From assembly GCA_043779025.1 (NCBI GenBank), contig JAYWGI010000096.1, positions 1 to 42,191 on the forward strand: a DNA stretch of 42,191 bases, given 5' to 3'. A model generated the notes under the pieces. It worked only from the letters and a program-made list of their open reading frames with translations. It ran no database searches and was not told the origin of the DNA. The DNA is from Myxococcales bacterium. Lineage in GTDB: Bacteria; Myxococcota_A; Polyangia; Polyangiales; Polyangiaceae. Shown here one piece after another: positions 26,265 through 35,922 of the stretch; positions within the stretch are counted from its first letter, which is position 1; each line of letters begins with the position of its first letter. Both the position numbers and the translations under genes were made by a program.

Positions 26265-26897
26265 ATGGCTCGTTATACTGGTCCTGTTTGCAAGTTGTGC
26301 CGCCGCGAAGGCATGAAGTTGTTCCTTAAGGGCGACCGCTGCGAAGGCGAGAAGTGCTCGTTCACACGCCGTGCGTATCCGCCAGGCCCCCACGGTCCTA
26401 CCGCACGCATCAAGCTGTCTGAGTACGCGGTTCGCCTGCGCGAAAAGCAGAAGGTGCGTCGCATTTACGGTGTGCTCGAGAAGCAGTTCCAAAAGTACTA
26501 TGCGGAGGCGACCCGTCGTCGTGGTCGTACCGGCGAAGAGTTGCTCAACTTGGTCGAGAGCCGCTTCGACAACGTCGTGTTCCGAATGGGCTTTGCGTCC
26601 ACGCGTTCCGAGGCTCGCCAGCTCGTGAAGCACAATCACTTCACGCTCAACGGCAAGAAAGCCAACATCCCAAGCATGCTGCTCCGAGCGGGCGACAAGG
26701 TCGTCGTGCGCGAGCCTTCACGCGCTTTGGGAAGCATCACCACGGCGATGGCTCAGGTCGAGAAGCGTGCCGCGCTCAGTTGGATCGAGCTCGACAAGAC
26801 GAACTTCACAGGCACCTTCAAGGGTCAGTTCTCGCGCGAGGAGCTCAACGAGCCAGCCATCCGCGAGCAGCTCATTATCGAGTACTACTCCCGCTAA
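26265..26897 (+). CDS. rpsD: 30S ribosomal protein S4
   Basis: The sequence is MARYTGPVCKLCRREGMKLFLKGDRC...LESRLDN-type core (VESRFDNVVFRMGFASTRSEARQLVKHNHFTLNG). The ATG at 26265 follows an A-rich GAAAAGAGAAGAAA leader. The track start at 25872 is a spurious extension. Confidence 0.95.
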   Translation: MARYTGPVCKLCRREGMKLFLKGDRCEGEKCSFTRRAYPPGPHGPTARIKLSEYAVRLREKQKVRRIYGVLEKQFQKYYAEATRRRGRTGEELLNLVESRFDNVVFRMGFASTRSEARQLVKHNHFTLNGKKANIPSMLLRAGDKVVVREPSRALGSITTAMAQVEKRAALSWIELDKTNFTGTFKGQFSREELNEPAIREQLIIEYYSR

Positions 26898-27020
26898 AAG
26901 CGTGGGGCCTCTTCATCGAGGCCCACCCTCTACACGTCGCGGAGCGCCCCGGAGAGCGGGTTCAATGGAGCGCTTGGGACGACGTGTGGCTAACCCTCAA
27001 TCAAGAAAGAGCATGCACAC

Positions 27021-28040
27021 ATGAATCTGGTTACACGCAATTGGCGCGATCTTATCCGTCCACGCGGCGTCAGCATCGAGGCGGAGACTCTCTCGCCCTT
27101 CTACGGCCGTTTTACATGCGAGCCGCTAGAGCGTGGCTACGGCATCACGCTCGGCAATTCGCTGCGCCGCGTGCTTTTGGCTTCGTTGCAGGGTGCAGCC
27201 ATCACGGCCATCCGTATCGACGGTGCGTTGCACGAGTTCACCTCGGTTCCCGATGTGCTCGAGGATGTGACCGACATCATCCTCAACCTCAAGGAAGTTG
27301 TCTTCAAGGCCCACGTCGCCAAAACCTTCACGGTTAATTTGGTGAAAGAAGGCCCCGGCCCCGTGTACGCCAAGGACATTCAGCTCGTTGACGGCCTCGA
27401 GGTGATGAACCCCGACCACCTCATCGCTACGCTCGACAAGAAAGGCCCGATGAACGTCGAGCTCACCGTCAACGTGGGTCGCGGTTACGTCTCCGCCGAC
27501 AAGAACAAGACGGCCACCATGCCGCTTGGGACCATCCCGATCGACGCGCTCTTCGCGCCCGTTCGCAAAGCCAACTACACCGTTACCAATGCACGCGTTG
27601 GACAGGTCACAGACTTCGACAAGCTTACGCTCGAAGTCTGGACCAATGGCGCTGTGGCTCCGGCAGACGCGGTGGCTTACGCCGCCAAGATACTCAAAGA
27701 ACAGCTCACCATCTTCGTGAACTTCGAAGAGACCGAAGAGATGAGCTACCAGATCGAGGGCAGCTCCGAGGAGCCGCTCAACGAGAATTTGTTCCGCTCG
27801 GTCGACGAGTTGGAGCTCAGCGTTCGTTCGGCTAACTGCTTGCAGAATGCAAATATCTCGCTCATCGGCGAACTGGTTCAGCGTACCGAGCAAGACATGC
27901 TCAAGACGAAGAACTTCGGTCGCAAGAGCCTCAAGGAGATCAAAGAGATCCTGTCCAACATGGGCCTCTCATTGGGCATGAAAATCGACGGCTGGCCTGG
28001 CCTCGTCGAAAAGTGGAAGTCGTCACAGACCGTGAACTGA
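27021..28040 (+). CDS. rpoA: DNA-directed RNA polymerase alpha subunit
   Basis: 339 aa. Matches include ..[33 protein letters not shown].. and the C-terminal domain ..[23 protein letters not shown].. Confidence 0.95.
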   Translation: MNLVTRNWRDLIRPRGVSIEAETLSPFYGRFTCEPLERGYGITLGNSLRRVLLASLQGAAITAIRIDGALHEFTSVPDVLEDVTDIILNLKEVVFKAHVAKTFTVNLVKEGPGPVYAKDIQLVDGLEVMNPDHLIATLDKKGPMNVELTVNVGRGYVSADKNKTATMPLGTIPIDALFAPVRKANYTVTNARVGQVTDFDKLTLEVWTNGAVAPADAVAYAAKILKEQLTIFVNFEETEEMSYQIEGSSEEPLNENLFRSVDELELSVRSANCLQNANISLIGELVQRTEQDMLKTKNFGRKSLKEIKEILSNMGLSLGMKIDGWPGLVEKWKSSQTVN

Positions 28041-28080
28041 CTTTCGCAAATCCAATTTTTAACCTTCAAGGAATTCGAAC

Positions 28081-28524
28081 ATGCGTCACTCAAACTCTGG
28101 CCGTAAATTCGGTCGCAATACCAGCCACCGTAAGGCGATGTTTCGCAACCTTACCGCGAACATCGTTCTTCACGAGCGCATCATGACCACCGACGCGAAG
28201 GCGAAGGAACTCCGCCGCACGGCAGAGAAGCTCATCACCATCGCCAAGCGAGTCGGTGAGGCCGCTTACACGCCCAACAAGGAACTCTCGGAGGCTCAGA
28301 AGGCCACCCGCCTTGCGGCTGAACGCCGCATCGGGTCCGAGATCCCACGCTTCGGCACCCGCACTGAAAAGGGCGGCGAGTTCACGAAGGTCGACTTGGT
28401 CGAAAAAGTCATGGTCGAGCTTTCGAAGCGCTTTGCGGGTCGTCCAGGCGGCTACACGCGCATCATCAAGGTCGGGCAGCGCCGCGGCGACGCAGCGCAC
28501 ATGTCGATCATCGAGTTCGTGTAG
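28081..28524 (+). CDS. rplQ: 50S ribosomal protein L17
   Basis: [53 protein letters not shown] is a typical L17 N-terminus. Confidence 0.95.
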   Translation: MRHSNSGRKFGRNTSHRKAMFRNLTANIVLHERIMTTDAKAKELRRTAEKLITIAKRVGEAAYTPNKELSEAQKATRLAAERRIGSEIPRFGTRTEKGGEFTKVDLVEKVMVELSKRFAGRPGGYTRIIKVGQRRGDAAHMSIIEFV

Positions 28525-28542
28525 TCCTCACAGACTGCACCA

Positions 28543-28590
28543 ACGGCAAAGGCCCACTCCTCGGAGTGGGCCTTTGCCGTTTTGTTCGTT
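28543..28590 (+). terminator. strong intrinsic terminator of the rpsD-rpoA-rplQ unit
   Basis: A perfect 18-nt inverted repeat is present: ACGGCAAAGGCCCACTCC / GGAGTGGGCCTTTGCCGT (28543-28560 and 28563-28580). It is followed by TTTGTTCGTT and lies 19 nt after the rplQ stop. It also sits about 30 nt downstream of the convergent gene ending at 28613, but the tail on that strand is not U-rich. Confidence 0.75.
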
Positions 28591-28612
28591 GCGCTGCAAG
28601 TGAGCACACCCG

Positions 28613-29206
28613 TCAGGGGGTGGACGGCGTGAACGTGAGTGGGTTCGTGACTGCCGCGCTATTGCCACCCCGTACTGCGCCGCCGCCGACAAAGAAGAAC
28701 ATACCAGAATCACGCACTTGGTCGACACTCGCCTCAAGCGTGATCGGCGCGCCTGCGGTATTTTGGAAATTGAGAACAGGGATCTCTCGCCCGACGGCGG
28801 TGTCGAGCTGCAGCGCGGTAGTTGAGCCGAGTACGTCGGCGACGGGGATGTCCGTGAGCGTGACGTTGCTTAGTGCTGAGCCGGAGACTCTCACCTTGAA
28901 TGCACACGCTTGGGTGGATTGCGCCGTGTCACAGGAGAGTGCAATCCGCCAGAACCCACCTTTCTTGTATTCTACAAACACACCTACACCTGCACCACCC
29001 ACGGCATTCATGGTCATGTCCGCATCCACGACCACGTTGTCACTTGGGGCAGCCTCGGGGGCCGTGCTGGTCCCGGTGTCGGTAGGGGGATAGCGAACCT
29101 CCTGAAAGCCTCCGCGAACACCGCGGCGGTCGCGGTCTTCGGCCCACACCGTACAAGCGGAACTCGCGGCCCCGAGGACCATCATCACAATAAAGGCGTG
29201 TTTCAT
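28613..29206 (-). CDS. secreted hypothetical protein
   Basis: 197 aa. The signal peptide is MKHAFIVMMVLGAASSAC. The composition is beta-rich and I recognise no motif. The start lies 4 nt after the stop of the upstream gene (29211), which implies an operon. Confidence 0.6.
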   Translation of the reverse strand: MKHAFIVMMVLGAASSACTVWAEDRDRRGVRGGFQEVRYPPTDTGTSTAPEAAPSDNVVVDADMTMNAVGGAGVGVFVEYKKGGFWRIALSCDTAQSTQACAFKVRVSGSALSNVTLTDIPVADVLGSTTALQLDTAVGREIPVLNFQNTAGAPITLEASVDQVRDSGMFFFVGGGAVRGGNSAAVTNPLTFTPSTP

Positions 29207-29210
29207 TGCG

Positions 29211-30485
29211 CTAGCGTCTCCTCATCCCGCCCATACTTGGCGCGGAGAATCGTGGTTGGTTGTAGCTCGGGCTGCTGGGCGCGATTGGCGCGGAGAACCG
29301 TGGCTGACTGTAGCTCGGGCTGCTTGGTCCGCTGGGCGCGCTTGGCGCGGAGAATCGTGGTTGGCTGTAGCTAGGCGGGGTGAAGGTTGGAGCTGGCCTG
29401 TAGCTAGGCGGCGTGAAGGTTGGGGCTGGGGCGTAGCTAGGCGCTTGGGCTTGAGGCGTGAAGGTCGGGGCGGGCCTGTAGCTAGGCGGCGTGAAGGTCG
29501 GGGCGGGCCTGTAGGCGGGTAACGTGGCTTGCGGGGCGGCGTAGCTAGGTGGTGTAAACGTTAGCGCAGGTCTTGGGGCAAGCGCTGGAGCCTGCGCAGC
29601 GGCTGACTCGGCCATGCGCACGGGGCCTGCCTTCGTCACAGCGGACGGGGACAGTCCCAATGCGCTCGGCGAGGGCGAGGCGAGCGTGGGGGTTGCGGGC
29701 TGAGGTGACCCCAGCGTGGGGGCCGCATAGGTGCGCCCTTGCCCAGGACCGCCCGAAGTGCCCGCGCCTGTCGAGCTGGGGTAGGCGGGCGGCGCAAAGG
29801 TCGTTGCGCGATGCGCGATGCGTCCCGCGTCGGGGCCACGTACGACGAACGCGCCAACATTGGGCGCAAACAACGAGCTCCGGTGGCAGTACGAATACGG
29901 CGCGTAGTAAGCCGACCCGTAGATCCAACGGGCGGATCCGCCAAACCAGTAGTAGCTGGGCCCCAGGGGCGCCCAGCCTACATAGCCCAACGGGTCGGTG
30001 CGCCACGAGACCCACGCGCCGCGATACACCGCGCCGGGCACCCATGACCAACCGTAGGCCGTCACCCAAGTCCAGCGACCATAGTGAAACGGCGCGTCGG
30101 AAAACGCGTAGGTGGAGTTCCACACATAGTCGCTCCCGTACGCCCAGTGGCCACCTGTGGTGTAGGGCACGAAGTCGGCGCCTACATACTGGGTGCTAGG
30201 AATCCAGAGCGTGCCGTAGCTAGGGTCCTCAACCCAGTTGCCGTAGGGTGCAAGCTGGCCTCGAAAGTCTTGGATGGCGTCGGCGCGCACCTCGTTGGGG
30301 TCGGGAGAGCCCAACGGCGCAGCGGGTTGCTGCGTCGTCACATCGCCGCTGCTGGCTTCGCTCTGCGCGGTTGCGGGCGCCGGCGATGCAACCGCAGCCG
30401 AACCCCCAAGCGCTGGTTGCTGCGCGACACTGGCGCTGGGGTCGAGTGCAGCAAGCAAGGTCAACGCAAGGCGTAGGGTGTTCAT
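29211..30485 (-). CDS. secreted protein: W/Y/G-rich N-terminal domain plus proline-rich tandem-repeat tail
   Basis: 424 aa. The signal peptide is MNTLRLALTLLAALDPSASVAQ. The domain reads ..LAPYGNWVEDPSYGTLWIPS...GGHWAYGSDYVWNS...HYGRWTWVTAYGWSWVPGAVYRGAWVSWR... The C-terminal 117 aa consist of PSY/PAPTFTP and SQPRFSAP repeats and end in RRR. Confidence 0.75.
   Translation of the reverse strand: MNTLRLALTLLAALDPSASVAQQPALGGSAAVASPAPATAQSEASSGDVTTQQPAAPLGSPDPNEVRADAIQDFRGQLAPYGNWVEDPSYGTLWIPSTQYVGADFVPYTTGGHWAYGSDYVWNSTYAFSDAPFHYGRWTWVTAYGWSWVPGAVYRGAWVSWRTDPLGYVGWAPLGPSYYWFGGSARWIYGSAYYAPYSYCHRSSLFAPNVGAFVVRGPDAGRIAHRATTFAPPAYPSSTGAGTSGGPGQGRTYAAPTLGSPQPATPTLASPSPSALGLSPSAVTKAGPVRMAESAAAQAPALAPRPALTFTPPSYAAPQATLPAYRPAPTFTPPSYRPAPTFTPQAQAPSYAPAPTFTPPSYRPAPTFTPPSYSQPRFSAPSAPSGPSSPSYSQPRFSAPIAPSSPSYNQPRFSAPSMGGMRRR
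29214..29564 (-). repeat. two families of in-frame tandem repeats (coding)
   Basis: About five copies of an 11-aa unit (R/A)PAPTFTPPSY are present (33-nt period, for example GTAGCTAGGCGGCGTGAAGGTCGGGGCGGGCCT on the plus strand). Three copies of a ~16-19-aa unit SQPRFSAPxAPSxPSY are also present (plus strand ...GGCGCGGAGAATCGTGGTTGG.TGTAGCT...). Confidence 0.85.
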
Positions 30486-30627
30486 GCTGGGTCTCCGGTG
30501 GGGCTGCTTTGAGGTACACGCTTCCTAGGAGTAGAACGCGCGAGCAATGCGCTTTGTTCCACGGACCGCCACGACATACACGATGCAGTTTGCCTCCATT
30601 GCCCGGGCTCGGGTACGCTTTTCTCAA

Positions 30628-31548
30628 ATGCGTTACCCTATCACGGCTTTGTTGGCGATCGGCTCCTTCGCTGTCCGGGCATTTGCCGACCCCCCGCCAA
30701 CAGTCGTCGCCCCCGCCAGCAACGGCACGGCGCCTCCCTCCGAGACTCCCACGCCAGCGGTGGCGAAACCGCCCACCGCGACCTCCCCAGAGAAGCTGCG
30801 CTTTGACCTTGTTGAGCAAGAACATCGAACGTACATCTACGCGGGGGTGCGATACCGCGGTGTTTTGCTGCCAAAGTTTATGCTCAATGCGGTCGTGAAC
30901 GAGGGAGCCAGTGTCTACTCCAATGTAATCGGTGTCGAGGCCGACTTCCGAACCAATGGGTTGAGCATCATTCCGGCGCTGAGTTTTCAAGAGTGGGGGC
31001 TGCCCGATACTTTGTTCGTCGAGAAGGGAAAGCCCGACACCGTTGCGTCCAATTGGTCGGTGGTGAACAGCAAGTTGATGGCCCTGAACGCGACGGTCGA
31101 TGTTCTTTGGTCCAAGAAACTTCGGCCCAATTTAGACTTTGAGTACGGCGCGGGGGCGGGGCTTGGAGTGGCGTTTGGGAGCCTAGGCGTGAATTGGACC
31201 TACTTTGACGAACCGGGAATCTACCGGACCTCCGACGGTCGAGGCATGTCGCCCTGCCAAACGGAATCGGGGACCGCGGCTGGCTGTACACGTCGCGAGC
31301 ATTCGTTCGCGAGTGAGGCCAAAGTGGGGGGGTATGAGGAAAAAAGCTGGATAAACGGCGGCGCAAAACCGAACCTAATCCCGTGGATCACGCCTCAGGT
31401 GGGCTTGCGCTACCGTCCTAGCCCCGAGGTCGTCACCCGACTGGGCGTGGGCGTCGCGCTGACGGGTGTCTGGTTCGGTGTCAGTGCCGACTACGGGGTT
31501 GCCGTCAAGCGACAGGCGCAAAAATCGACCGTGATCTACGAAGAGTGA
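30628..31548 (+). CDS. secreted beta-rich (outer-membrane-like) hypothetical protein
   Basis: The ATG at 30628 gives the signal peptide [20 protein letters not shown]; the track start at 30547 is probably a 5' extension. A Pro/Thr-rich linker is followed by alternating-hydrophobicity strands (..[11 protein letters not shown].., ..[19 protein letters not shown]..). Confidence 0.6.
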   Translation: MRYPITALLAIGSFAVRAFADPPPTVVAPASNGTAPPSETPTPAVAKPPTATSPEKLRFDLVEQEHRTYIYAGVRYRGVLLPKFMLNAVVNEGASVYSNVIGVEADFRTNGLSIIPALSFQEWGLPDTLFVEKGKPDTVASNWSVVNSKLMALNATVDVLWSKKLRPNLDFEYGAGAGLGVAFGSLGVNWTYFDEPGIYRTSDGRGMSPCQTESGTAAGCTRREHSFASEAKVGGYEEKSWINGGAKPNLIPWITPQVGLRYRPSPEVVTRLGVGVALTGVWFGVSADYGVAVKRQAQKSTVIYEE

Positions 31549-31561
31549 TGGGCGATTCCTT

Positions 31562-34500
31562 TTGAGAATTCCCGTTCGTTATAGGCTGTTGAAACCCTTG
31601 GGTTCGGGCGGCGCAGGTAGCGTGTGGTCGGTGCAAGATCGGGTGACGGGAGAGCGGCTGGCGCTCAAGCTTGTTCATGAAGGCGCGTCTGTGGGCGAGC
31701 TCGACGCATTGGTCCGAGAGGCAAGCGCGCTTGCAGCACTGTCACAAGCTGGGCTGCCCGGTGTGCGGGCCATCGGTCTTTTGCCGGGTACCCATCGTCG
31801 CTACCTGGTGCGCGAATTGGTTGAGGGGATCAGTTTGGACGATGTGCTCGAAAGCGACTTGCCTTGGCTGGGCGCATTCCTTTCCGCGTGCGATCAGCTT
31901 GCGCTGCTTCATCGTGCCGGGTCGCTTCACGGGGACATCAAGCCCGCCAACGTCATTGTGTCCAAGAGTGGCAGGGGGTGCCTTGTGGACTTGGGGCTCT
32001 CGGCGCCTCTCACACTTGGGGGCACACGAACGTTGGGGCTTACCCCGCGTTTTGCGGCGCCCGAGCTGCTCGAGGGCGAGCGCCTAACCGTGCGTGCCGA
32101 GGTCTATTCGGTGGGGGCAACGTTGCGCGATTGTGTCGCGCGACGCGGAGATGAACTGCGCGAGGATTTGCGCCTTGGCCTCACCCGAGCGGTGAACCGC
32201 GCGATCTCCTTGCAGCCGGCTGCGCGTCACCCGTCGGTAGACGAATTTCTTGCCGAAATTGCGGCCGTTCCGGGCGTCGAGTTGCCTGCGCGCTCGCGGG
32301 CGCTGGTTTGGCGCGTGGACGGAATTTCCGACACGGTACGTGGAATCGCCGACAGCGTACGGGCGCTGCAGCACGGACAAATACTTGGGATGTGGGGCCC
32401 CACAGGAAGCGGTCGCAGCACGCTCGGGCGCGAGCTTGCGTGGAGCTTCGCCGCCGGCGGAGAGGACGTGGTTCATATCGTCCCCGCTGTGGACCAGCGC
32501 GCGGAATTGCAGTCGCTTGGGGCCAAAGTCTTGGCGATTTATGCGGAGGAACTTGCGGCACGCCCCGATGCCGTGCTGGTTGTGGACGACTTCGATCGCT
32601 TGAGCGAAGAGTCGCGCATGGCCTTACTCGCGCTGCAAGAGGCGAAGCATCGCGCGGTGCTTGTTGGGCATGATGCGCATGCTTTTGGGGGTCTAGAGAT
32701 TGCAGCCCACTACGAGGTTCAGCCGCTGAGCATCGCGAGCCAAGAGTCCCTCGTTCGTACGGCCATCCCTTCGGCCTCACGCACGGCCGTCCTGGCGATA
32801 GTGGACCATGCAAAGGGGAGGCCCGGAGCGCTACGCGAGCTGGTGGAGCGCTGCGCAGGGAGTGCGATGGTGAGCCGTGGTGATGTTGAGCGAGCCAAGT
32901 TTGGTGCGGCGACGCACGGCACCCAAGACTGGAACGAGGTGCTGCGTTCGGCGCTCAACTCAGGCCGTTTCGCCGCGGCGCGCGTGGCGCTACAGGAGCT
33001 CGAAAAAGGAGCCGCGACGGCGCATGCTTTTGAGCGCTGCCTAGGTGAGGTGCGGGTGCGCATTGCGCAGGGCGACAACGAAGGGGCTGGTATGTGGTTG
33101 GGGCGCGCCGAGGCAGCGGGCGCAAGTCGCCACGAGCGTGTAGAAGTGCACTTGTATCGAGCGCGCTTGATGCTGCGAAGTGGCGACTATGACGGGATTG
33201 AGCCTGTGCTTTCGAGCGCCGTTTCGCTGGGTGAAGCCACCTTCGAGCTGCGCGTCGTGGCCGCGCTGGCACAAGCCATGGCGCGCCCTACTCTGCAAAA
33301 CGTTGCCGTGTTGCATGCGCTGCATCGTGACATGTCGCCCGAGCAAGGGCCGCGTGCTCGCGCCATCGCAGCAGGTTCGCTCGCCATCGCGGAGCAGCGT
33401 GCAGGGGATACCGAAGCCGCGCGCGCGCACTATGCTGAAGCGGTTGTGAACGCTGAAGAAGCGGGCGACGGCTGGGTCCTATGTTCAACTTACGTGAACA
33501 GTGCCGGCCTTGCGCACGTGGCAGGTCAAATGGTCGATGCGCTGCGCCTCTGTGAAGCCGCCATCGACCTTGCCGAACGTTTGGGTGCCGATTTGGCGGC
33601 GTATACGGCGACCCTAAACTTGATCGCTTTCAATCTTCAGCTGGGACGCTATGAGCGAGCGGCAAAAAGTATCGGCTCGCTCGAGGACTACGATCTCTCG
33701 CCCTACGCCGACGCGCAATTGTACGGCCTGCGTGCGGAGCTATTGGAGCGTGGCCTCAATTGGGACGAGGCAAGTGTAAACTACACTCAATGCGCCGAAC
33801 GCTTCCGTGCCATCGGTATGCATGCCGACGCCTGCGAAGCGGAGCTCAACTTGCTTTCGTGCGATACCGCACGGGCGCAGATCGCAAACTCAGATTTGGA
33901 GCGCCGTCTCGAGGCGTTGCGTTTGACCTCTGAAGAGGCGGGCGCGACAGAGATTCAGTCCCTGTGGAATTACGTGGCTGCTCGTGTGATGCGCCGCGTG
34001 CGGGGGCCGCACGAAGGGCTCGCCGCCTACTTGACGGCTGCAGATGTGGCGCGAAAGTCGTCTTCGAAGGAGCTGCTTTGGCAAGCATTGCAGGGCGTTG
34101 CCGAGGCGCATCGTGACTTAGGGGCGCCTGCGCTGGGGCATCGCGCGGCCACCGAGGCGCTCGAAGTATTGGAGGCGATTGCGTTGCCGTTGCCGCGAGA
34201 CCTCTGTGAGGTGTTCTGGAATGACGTGCGCCGATCGGAATTGCGTGGTCTTGCGGCCTCTCCCTCGCTTGGGGGCGTGTCCGTGGGGGCGCCCACCGTG
34301 GGGGCGGCATCGTCGATGGCCATGCAGCACTTGATCCAAAGCGCGCGTGCGTTGGTTCGAGTGCACGACCCCGAGCGAGTACTGCATGACACCTTAGAAC
34401 ACGCCGTAGCGATCGTCGGCGGTGTGCGGGGCATGCTCTACTACCGCGACCCGTTGGGCCGCCCCGCATGGGTGACGCCTTACAACTTTGAACCCGCGCA

Positions 34501-35860
34501 AAACGCGAACGTCCGGGCGCGTTTGGAGCAGTGCGCCGATTCGGGAGAAGTGCAGCTGAGCGCCGAAGGCGATGCGGGGGCATTTGTCTGCATGCCCATC
34601 CCCCGAACACCGATGCAGGTGGGGTTGTCGACCACAGTGGGCGGCCTTAACCAGGGGGCAATTTACGTGCAGACTGCAAGTACATCTCAGACACGTCTTA
34701 ACGAAAATGCAGGCGTGCTCGCTGCTCTGCTTGCGCAGGCCGCCGCGGTTTTAGACACGGCCCGTTTGGTGGCGAGACTCAAGCGTCAGAAGGAGCGCGT
34801 GTCCGAACTTTTGGACAAGCGCAGCCGCTCGCTGCATAGCTCCCGGGCAGAGTTGCGGGCGGTCAGGTCGGAGCTCAAGGAGAGCCAGAGCTTTGGCGCG
34901 ATGGTGGGAAGTTCGAAGCCGATGCGGATGCTCTTCGAAGCGATTCGCCGTGTCGCACCATCGGACATACCTGTGCTGGTGCGGGGCGAGAGCGGGACTG
35001 GAAAGGAGCTGGTCGCGCGCGCACTGCATGAGGCCTCGCCGCGGAAGGATGCGCCCTTTGTCGCGATCAACTGTGCTGCAATTCCGGCATCGGTGCTCGA
35101 AGGCGAGCTATTTGGCTATAGAAAAGGCGCGTTCACAGGGGCAACGCGAGACCACGAGGGCTTAGCGTTGGCAGCGCGTGACGGTACATTTTTTCTGGAT
35201 GAAGTGGGCGAGATGCCACTGGCAATGCAGGCCGCGATGCTGCGCGTGCTCCAGGAGCGCGTGGTGCGTCCACTTGGTTCCTCCGACGAGGTGCCGATGC
35301 GTGCGCGCGTCATCGCTGCAACGCATCGTGACCTTGCCGCGATGGTGCGCGAGGGCACCTTCCGCGAAGACCTCTACTATCGCATCGAAGTCGTCACACT
35401 GCACGTGCCGTCGCTTCGGGAACGCCGCGAAGACATCGGACTGCTTGCCGACTCCTTTTTGCGACGCGCGAGTGTGGCGCACAATCGTCCTCGAAAAACG
35501 TTGAGTCGTAGTGCTCGCGAATTGCTGATGTCCGCGCCCTGGCCCGGCAACGTGCGTCAGCTGGAGCATACACTGACTTCCGCTGTGCTCTTCTCGGATG
35601 ACGAAACGCTGCATGCGGCAGACTTGAACCTTGTGCGCGCCGACGCCGAGACTCCTATGCGTTTGGGCACCGTGCCTAGCGGCAAAGATGTGGCCGGGTT
35701 GAGCTCCCAGCTGTGTGACAAGGAGCGCTGTTTGCAGGCCCTGGAAGTCGCGGGGGGCAATCGTGTTCGCGCGGCGAGTGCACTCGGAATCCCGAGACGA
35801 ACCTTCTATAGGCGCCTCGCAGAACTCGGAATTGGCGCAAAAATCTCAAAAAAAGCCTAG
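31562..35860 (+). CDS. multidomain regulator: Ser/Thr protein kinase - P-loop NTPase (STAND-like) - TPR-like helical region - GAF - sigma-54 AAA+ activator - Fis-type HTH, 1432 aa
   Basis: The kinase has [27 protein letters not shown] (HGD at 31928-31936), VDLGLS and FAAPELL. The P-loop is [14 protein letters not shown] (Arg codon at 32414-32416 where Lys is expected), with Walker [12 protein letters not shown] long Ala/Leu-rich helical repeat region follows. The GAF-like stretch is ..[31 protein letters not shown].. The EBP has [25 protein letters not shown] (35126-35143), [19 protein letters not shown] and FREDLYYRI. The HTH is [26 protein letters not shown]. The only possible starts upstream of the glycine loop are TTG codons (31562 or 31589). 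Confidence 0.85.
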   Translation: MRIPVRYRLLKPLGSGGAGSVWSVQDRVTGERLALKLVHEGASVGELDALVREASALAALSQAGLPGVRAIGLLPGTHRRYLVRELVEGISLDDVLESDLPWLGAFLSACDQLALLHRAGSLHGDIKPANVIVSKSGRGCLVDLGLSAPLTLGGTRTLGLTPRFAAPELLEGERLTVRAEVYSVGATLRDCVARRGDELREDLRLGLTRAVNRAISLQPAARHPSVDEFLAEIAAVPGVELPARSRALVWRVDGISDTVRGIADSVRALQHGQILGMWGPTGSGRSTLGRELAWSFAAGGEDVVHIVPAVDQRAELQSLGAKVLAIYAEELAARPDAVLVVDDFDRLSEESRMALLALQEAKHRAVLVGHDAHAFGGLEIAAHYEVQPLSIASQESLVRTAIPSASRTAVLAIVDHAKGRPGALRELVERCAGSAMVSRGDVERAKFGAATHGTQDWNEVLRSALNSGRFAAARVALQELEKGAATAHAFERCLGEVRVRIAQGDNEGAGMWLGRAEAAGASRHERVEVHLYRARLMLRSGDYDGIEPVLSSAVSLGEATFELRVVAALAQAMARPTLQNVAVLHALHRDMSPEQGPRARAIAAGSLAIAEQRAGDTEAARAHYAEAVVNAEEAGDGWVLCSTYVNSAGLAHVAGQMVDALRLCEAAIDLAERLGADLAAYTATLNLIAFNLQLGRYERAAKSIGSLEDYDLSPYADAQLYGLRAELLERGLNWDEASVNYTQCAERFRAIGMHADACEAELNLLSCDTARAQIANSDLERRLEALRLTSEEAGATEIQSLWNYVAARVMRRVRGPHEGLAAYLTAADVARKSSSKELLWQALQGVAEAHRDLGAPALGHRAATEALEVLEAIALPLPRDLCEVFWNDVRRSELRGLAASPSLGGVSVGAPTVGAASSMAMQHLIQSARALVRVHDPERVLHDTLEHAVAIVGGVRGMLYYRDPLGRPAWVTPYNFEPAQNANVRARLEQCADSGEVQLSAEGDAGAFVCMPIPRTPMQVGLSTTVGGLNQGAIYVQTASTSQTRLNENAGVLAALLAQAAAVLDTARLVARLKRQKERVSELLDKRSRSLHSSRAELRAVRSELKESQSFGAMVGSSKPMRMLFEAIRRVAPSDIPVLVRGESGTGKELVARALHEASPRKDAPFVAINCAAIPASVLEGELFGYRKGAFTGATRDHEGLALAARDGTFFLDEVGEMPLAMQAAMLRVLQERVVRPLGSSDEVPMRARVIAATHRDLAAMVREGTFREDLYYRIEVVTLHVPSLRERREDIGLLADSFLRRASVAHNRPRKTLSRSARELLMSAPWPGNVRQLEHTLTSAVLFSDDETLHAADLNLVRADAETPMRLGTVPSGKDVAGLSSQLCDKERCLQALEVAGGNRVRAASALGIPRRTFYRRLAELGIGAKISKKA

Positions 35861-35922
35861 AAAACAATGCGTGCTCCCCCGCCTGTGCCGACTGTGGTAG
35901 CAGATTGGGGGGTAGCACAACG

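Noticed and set aside
26190-26639. Upstream two thirds of minus-strand ORF 25785..26639 (284 aa)
   Set aside because: This part is antisense to rpsD and shows no lipase similarity. Only the last ~129 codons (25801-26189) resemble the lipase C-terminus, so I call a truncated pseudogene, not a 284-aa gene.
29214-29564. Regularly spaced DNA repeats that could superficially suggest a CRISPR-like array
   Set aside because: The repeats are contiguous with no unique spacers. They have 33-nt and ~48-57-nt periods in a single open frame and translate to proline-rich peptide repeats inside a signal-peptide-bearing protein. No cas genes are present.
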